The translations under genes and the position numbers were made by a program. Source: the human T2T-CHM13v2.0 reference genome, Homo sapiens. Taken from it: a stretch of DNA of 64,000 nucleotides. Below are positions 53,878 to 64,000 of the stretch, piece after piece. Position 1 is the first letter of the stretch; each line of letters begins with the position of its first letter. The stretch is taken from assembly GCF_009914755.1 (NCBI RefSeq), contig NC_060931.1; one strand, written 5' to 3'. The notes beneath the pieces are model-generated. The model worked only from the letters and a program-made list of their open reading frames with translations. It was not told where the DNA came from and made no database searches.

Positions 53878-54559
53878 ATAACAAATATGAATAATATGTT
53901 TTAATGTAAATTCTTTCTGGTCCACGTAAAGGAAATTATTTATTCTGTAGTATTATAACTATGTTAGATGAGGGCAATCTACAATACTTAGGGATATGTT
54001 AAGTCAGTAATTCATAAACTTCTTATACAATTTTGCCCCCCAATGTCTGACCTTTATCTGGATATAAAAAACACTCTCAGTAGCTTCATAAATTAAAATG
54101 CTTCTGAAATGAACTTTTTTAAAGCCCTGTGTTATCAGTGTAGTAGTGTGTCTTAGATTAAAATCCAAAATCCTATTTTAATATTTTAAGAATATTTCTG
54201 AAGAAATTCGAAATAACCCTTGTTAGCTGTATTTTGTGCTTAGTTTAGAAAAACCATTGCCCAAACTTAGTATTTCTGTTTAATAAGTATAAATGATACA
54301 GAAGCCTTTGGCCTTAAATTCATAACTGTTGAACATTCATGGAAAACCCTGCAATTAGAATTGATTGAAGAAGAATTCCTGAGAAAATGTTTTCATTCTT
54401 GTGACAGTTATTTTTCTATTAGTTTTATATTTGTTCTTTACAATTAGGCATTTTTCTCAACTAGCATATCATAAGTTAGCATCATACTTAATTCTGAACA
54501 TTTTAGACTAATCCTGAGTCTTTAAGAATTACATAAAATATTTAGTTTTAACTATTTGA

Positions 54560-55370
54560 TCTGAAAAAAATCAAGTAAAAATCCTGATAACCTGAGTGCA
54601 TCTCTGCTTGCGCTTAGGTGATTTCTGTCACCATGAATGACTCTAGCTTGTCCAATTTCACCAGCTCTACCAAACACCGACCCAGGGATGTTGGCCACTG
54701 ACAGGGCTGGATGACATCTCTCATTTCTTTCACTGTCTGCAGATGACCTTGCTTCCGTTTTTACTAATAAAATCAAGGATATCATCCTAAGTTTGTACCT
54801 TCACCTCAGCAATTCCTCTATCCTTGGACTTACCTCCAGTATGTGAGGAGGAGAGTTTCCTGAACTCCAGGGTTAGCCCCCGTCCTCTCTCGTTCTCATG
54901 CACACAGCTTCGACACCTGCTTTCTGAGAGGCTCTCCTTCTCTGTAGGATTTCCTGTGAATAGGTCCTCCTCCATCCTGGAAAAAAATTACTTGAACCTG
55001 CACTTTCTTCTCTATTAAATTACTTCTTTACCTTCTTCCTTTGTAACAACAGTTTTGATCTCCTGAGATCTGGTTTTGTTTTCCATCCTTCCATTATATT
55101 GCAGTGTTGCGGTTCACTAAACTTCTTACCATAGGCTCATTTTCTATGGCCCTGCAACCAAACTGATTACACTTTCAATGAACTTTTTTCTTCCCTTCCA
55201 TGACATTAGTTGTCCTGTAAGCTCCTATTATCCCTTTTCTTTCCTTTGTTAACCACTCTTTCCTCCTCCCACCTGGCAGCAGGCTTAGTTTTGACCATTT
55301 GTGGCTCTTTCTGTACATACTGTCTAAGAAGAAGTGATTCAATGCCTTACCTCTGATTGACATTTGTGAA
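54560..55370 (+). mobile_element. Diverged LINE-2 fragments
   Basis: Pyrimidine-rich sequence with L2 ORF2-like motifs (gatgaccttgcttcc...). Confidence 0.45.
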
Positions 55371-55384
55371 GCAATTCTTTCCCT

Positions 55385-55595
55385 GAGAGAGCAGCATAGC
55401 ATAGCCAAACTAAACACACAGACTCTGGAGTCAGACTACTAGGTATAAATCCTGGCTTTGCCACAAATAAGATGTCATTGAGAAGGTTTCTTACTTTCTC
55501 TTAGCCTAAGATGCCTTTTCTGTAAACTAAGGCTAACAGTACCTGCCTCACTGGATTGCTGGAGGATTCAGTGATTTATATAAAATCACTTAGCT
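55385..55595. mobile_element. MIR
   Basis: agactctggagtcagact...aatcctggctttgccac...tctgtaaa..acagtacctgcctca. Confidence 0.7.
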
Positions 55596-55599
55596 GCCA

Positions 55600-56420
55600 G
55601 TAGCCAAAACTGGAATAATTTGAGCAACTAAATAAGTGATGATAGCATTAGATTACAGCACAAAGAATAAAGTAAATATCCATGAATCCATACTAATATA
55701 AATAAAATGGTTGAAAAATAAATGGGGGAGAAGGAGCACATCTTTCCTATAGAAGAATCCCAAATAATATTGGTAGCTACTATGCCCTCTGATGCATGAG
55801 CTTAGTTCTCCTCCCCTGGAAGGATGAGTTAGACTTAATGACTTGCTTTCAAGGAATAGAGTACAGACAGAGAAGAAAATAACTTTACATTGTTGAAATC
55901 TGGCAAGCACTACTTTAACCAAGTAATCAAGGTTAACATCACCAGTGAAAAGTCATGTTGATATAACATGTATTATCTGATATGATACTTTGAGAAGTGT
56001 ACATCTCAAAGCTCCCTGATTTTCTTAAAAACACATAGTCTAATTATGACAAAACATCAAACGCAAATTCAGGGACATTCCACAAAATTTCTGAGAGGAT
56101 TTTTTAAAGTGTCACTGTCACAGAAAGAGACTGAATAATTATCACAGAGCAGAGGAGGCTAAGGAGGCATGATGACTGAACTTAATGTGATATCTCCGAT
56201 TGCATCCTTCATAGAAAAAGGGCATTACTGAGAATCTGCAGAACTCTAAGTCTAGTTAATAGTACCACATCATTGTTAATTTTTTGGTTTTGACCAATGT
56301 ACCATGGCTATACTACGTTAGAGGTACCTGGCTGAAGAGAGTAAAGGAACTCTATATCCTTTTGACTTTTCTGTAAATCTAAAATTATTCCACAGTAGAT
56401 TTTACTTTTTAATAAAAGTA
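55600..56420 (+). mobile_element. L1MC/L1MD-type 3' fragment
   Basis: gtaaatatccatgaatccatact...ttaaccaagtaatcaaggttaacatcaccagtga...ttctgtaaatctaaaattattc. Confidence 0.65.
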
Positions 56421-56752
56421 CAGTTTTTATTGCCACATAGCAAGTATCTTTATGTCTCTCATTACTATTTTCCTGTATCTTCACAACCTCCTCTTAGTTG
56501 GAGGTAAAGCTATACATTGACATCAGTCCCCATTAACTACTGATTTGACGAATATCTTTTTTTTTTTAATTTAAGTTCTGGGGTACATGTACAGAATGTG
56601 CAGGTTTGTTACATAGGTATACACGTGCCATGGTGGTGTGCTGCGCCCATCAACCCGTGATCTACATTAGATATTTCTCCTAATGGTATCCCTCCCCTAG
56701 CCCCCCACTGGTGTGTGATGTTCCCCTCCCTGTGTCCATGTGTTCTCATTGT

Positions 56753-60235
<3,483 letters not shown>

Positions 60236-60299
60236 TATGCTGCTAGCTGGTTATTTTGCCCATTACTTGATGCAGTTTCTTCACAGTGTCAATGGTCTT

Positions 60300-61320
60300 T
60301 ACAATTTGGTACATTTTTGCAGTGGCTGGTACCAGCTGTTCCTTTCCATTTTTAGTGCTTCCTTCAGGACTTCTTGTAAGGCAGGCCTGGTGGTGACAAA
60401 ATCAGCATTTCCTTGTTTGTAAAGGATTTTATTTCTCCTTCATTTATGAAGCTTAGTTTGGCTGGATATGAAATTCTGTGTTGAAAATTATTTTCTTTAA
60501 GAATGTTGAGTATTGGCCCCCACTATCTTCTGGCTTGTAGGATTTCTGCTGAGAGATCCGCTGTTAGTCTGATGAGCTTCCCTTTGTGGGTATCCCAGCC
60601 TTTCTCTCTGGCTGCCCTTAACAATTTCTCCTTCATTTCAATCTTGATGAATCTGATGATTATGTGTCTTGGGGTTGCTCTTCTTGGGGAGTATCTTCAT
60701 GGTGTTCTCTGTATTTCCTGAATTTGAATGTTGGCCTGTCTTGCTAGTTTGGGGAAGTTCTCCTGGATAATATACTGAAGAGTGGTTTCCAACTTGGTTC
60801 CATTCTCCATGTCACTTTCAGGTACACCAATCAAATGTAGATTTGGTCTTTTCATATAGTCCCATATTTCTTGGAGGCTTTGTTGATTCCTTTTCATTCT
60901 TTTTTCTCTAATCCTGTCTTCATGCTTTATTTCATTAAGTTGATCTTCAATCTCTGATATCCTTTCTTCCGCTTGATCAATTCAGCTATTGATACTTGTG
61001 TATGCTTCACAAAGTTCTCATGCTGTGTTTTTCAGCTCCATCAGGTCATTTATGTTCTTCTCTAAACTGGTTATTCTAGTTAGCAATTTGTCTAACCTTT
61101 TTTCAAGGTTCTTAGCTTCCTTGCATTGGGTTAGAACATGCTCCTTTAGCTCAGAGGAGTTTGTTATTACCCACCTTCTGAAGCTTACTTCTGTCAATTC
61201 ATCAAACTCATTCTCCATCCAGTTTTGTTCCCTTTCTGGCGAGGAGTTGTGATCCTTTGGAGTAGAAGAGGTATTCTGGTTTTTGGAATTTTCAGCCTTT
61301 TTGCACTGGTTTCTCCCCAT
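60300..61320 (-). pseudogene. L1 ORF1 remnant
   Basis: MGRNQCKKAENSKNQN... and QSLQEIWDYMKRPNLHLIGVPE fragments. Confidence 0.9.
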
Positions 61321-63029
61321 CTTCATGGATTTATCTACGTTTGGTCTTTGATGTTGGTGGCCTTCGGATGGGGTTTCTGTGTGGACATCCTTTTCAATGA
61401 TGTTGATGCTCTTCCTCTTTGTTAGTTTTCCTTCCAACAGTCAGGCCCTTCTGCTGCAGATCTGTTGGAGTTTGCTGGAGGTCCACTCCAGACCATTTGC
61501 CTGGGTATCACCAGCTGAGTCCGCAGAACAGCAAAGATTGTTGCCTGTTCCTTCCTCTGGAAGCTTCACCCCAGGGGGGCATTCACCAGATGCCAGCCAG
61601 AGCTCTCCTGTGTGAAGTGTCTGTTGGCCCCTCCTGGAAGGTGTCTCCCCCTCAGGAGGCACAGGGGTCAGGGACCCACTTGAGAAGGCAATTTGTCCCT
61701 TACCAGAGCTCGAACACTATGCTCAGAGAACTGCTCTCTTCAGAGCTGGCAGGCAGGAACGTTTAAGTCTGCTGAAGCTGCACCCACAGCCACCCCTTCC
61801 CCCAGGTGCTCTGTCCCAGGAGATGGGGGTTTTATCTATAAGCCCCTGACTGGGGCTGCTGCCTTTCTTTCAGAGATGCCCTGCCCAGAGAGGAGGGATC
61901 TAGAGAGGCAGTCTGGCTACAGTGGCTTTGCTGAGCTGAGGAGGGCTCCACCCAGTTGGAACTTCCCCATGGCTTGCTTTACATTGTGAGGGGAAAACCA
62001 CCTACTCAAGCCTCAGTAATGGTGGGCACCCCTTCCCCAACCAAGCTCAAGCATCCTGGGTCGACTTCAGACTGCTATGCTGGCAGTGAGAATTTCAAGC
62101 CAGTGGATCTTAGCTTGCTGGGCTCCGTGGGGGTGGGATCCGCTGAGCTAGACCACTTGGCTCCCTGGCTTCAGCCTCCTTTCCAGGGGAGTGAATGGTT
62201 CTGTCTCGCTGGTGTTCCAGGTGCCACTGGGGTATGAAAAACAAACAAACAAAAAACCTCCTGCAGCTAGCTCAGTGTCTGCCCTAAAGGCTGCTCAGTT
62301 TTATGCTTGAAACCCAGGGCCCTGGTAGCGTAGACACCCAGGGGAATCTCCGGATCTGTGGGTTGTGAAGGCCATGGGAAACGCATAGTCTCTGGGCGGG
62401 AGTGCAGTGTTCCTCATGGCACAGTCCCACATGGCTTCCTTTGGCTTGGGGAGGGAGTTCCCCGACCCCTTGCATTTTCCAGGTGAAGTGATGCCCCACC
62501 CTGTTTCAGCTTGCCCTCCATGGACTGCACCCACTTTTTAACCTCCTAAAACGTTCCTTTCTTCTTTGATCTGCTAACATCATCCTTATCAATGGCCCTT
62601 CTTGGTTTGTTCTCATAGCTTCTACACATCAACTATAATAACCTATTTTTCTGTTCCAACTAAGTACAGCCACACCTCAGAGTTTGAGCATTTGTAACTG
62701 CCTTACCTCTATCAACTTAGTATCTCCTTTTCCAATCTTTTCTTCCTTGTTCAACTAGCTCTGCACCCTCCTTGTGCTCCTTGAGTATACATTGTTTTTT
62801 CATAGTCCAGCAGCCTGGACCTCAGTTTCAGGATTTCAGAAATATTTTTGCTTATATCCTGGATGTTCTCACTTATTAGTAACTGCTGATCCAGTCCATG
62901 GCCCTGGCCAAAAAGACTCTGTTTTCCTGATATGCAGTCTTGCTAGAGAAAGTCACAAAACAGAAATAATTGGCTTCACCACAGTCTTATCATGTCAGTG
63001 GCAGAGACTGACAGTTGCCTACAGAGATA

Positions 63030-63440
63030 TCTTCCCTTCCTTAGTAAGAGAACCCTGACTTTTCACTGGTTACATTGAGGAAATAAAAGACTACATTTTC
63101 CAGCCTCCTTTGTAGATACACATAACTAACATAACTTCTGCCCAAATATATGAAAGCAAAAATTTTGTATAATACTTCCAGGAAGGCTGCTTAAAGGGAC
63201 TTAATACAACTAAAATGAGCAATTTTTGCCTTTCTGCTTTTCCTCTTTGTAACCAACACATATGTATCTAGAGAGCCACCAGCCACTTTGAACCATGATG
63301 ACAGAAGCCATGAACTAGGATGGTGAAGAAAAAATAGAATGAGCCTGGTTTCTCTTGACTTGGAACTACCAAACAGTCAATCCCTAGTCTGCCTACTACC
63401 TCTGGGCTTCCTGTACATAAGAGATAAACAGAGTCTCTGC
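63030..63440. mobile_element. MaLR LTR fragment (MLT1-like)
   Basis: aaagactacattttccagcctcctttgtag...agaagccatg..aggatgg..gagcctgg..ctgcctac..tctgggcttc. Confidence 0.55.
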
Positions 63441-63699
63441 CCCACCACCACCCCTAGGTATTTTCATCTCACTCTAGAATGACATTATCTCCAACTTGAC
63501 TGAAAACAATCTGAAATAATCTTCAGTTTTCTACTTTATGCCTTTGTATTCCTTTCTATCAACTATCTCCTCAGATTTTCCTTACCTCTTTTTGTTGCAA
63601 CTTCTGCCATTAAATACATGAGTTTCTTCCCTTTTTTTTTCTAAAATATGTTCTTATTATGGTTTTCTTCTTCTATAATGGCAGAATATCTCCAGTTTT

Positions 63700-63932
63700 T
63701 ATATTTTTATTTTTACTGTTTTTTAATTGATATATAATAGATGCAGACATTTTCAAGGTCCATGTAATAATTTGATGTATTTATATAATCAAATCAGGAT
63801 AATTGGGGCATCCATCATCTCAAATATTTATCTGCTCTTTATGCTAGGAACATTCAAATTGTTCTAGCTATTTTGAAATGTATAATAGTGTTAACTATAT
63901 TCACCCTACTGATCTATCAAACACCAGGTCTT
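63700..63932 (-). mobile_element. L1MA 3' end fragment
   Basis: ttttaattgatatataatagatg...ggaacattcaa...tcaccctactgatctatcaaac. Confidence 0.7.
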
Positions 63933-64000
63933 CCAACCCTCTTCTAAAAGTGAAATACAACTACCACTAGATTTTTCTTTCTTTTTTAACTTGCTATACA

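Overview
This is eukaryotic (human) genomic DNA containing the complete aryl hydrocarbon receptor gene, AHR, on the + strand. It has a TATA-less CpG-island promoter (~6160-7220) and 11 coding exons. All have GT-AG junctions, and I traced them base by base; they splice into a 2547-nt CDS (848 aa: bHLH, PAS-A, PAS-B, acidic/Q-rich transactivation domain). The ~3.1-kb 3'UTR carries an inverted Alu pair. The rest is intronic or intergenic sequence with Alus, DNA-transposon relics (Tigger, MER5, MER119), an ERV1 solo LTR, L2/MIR/L1M fragments and a rearranged ~6-kb L1PA element downstream. Codon 381 is Val, the modern-human allele. I found no unrelated novel gene system. The most interesting unexplained structure is regulatory: (1) two upstream exon-like units that could splice in-frame to exon 2, giving a uORF-gated AHR lacking the first NLS basic cluster; (2) an IRF/ISRE-motif minisatellite in intron 2; (3) an in-frame exon 8+9 skip that would delete most of the ligand-binding PAS-B; (4) a cryptic 8-nt microexon before exon 10; (5) a GUG uORF and antisense splice donors in exon 1; (6) a relocated and duplicated segment inside the L1. 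Repeat subfamily names come from recalled consensus sequences and need RepeatMasker/Dfam confirmation.
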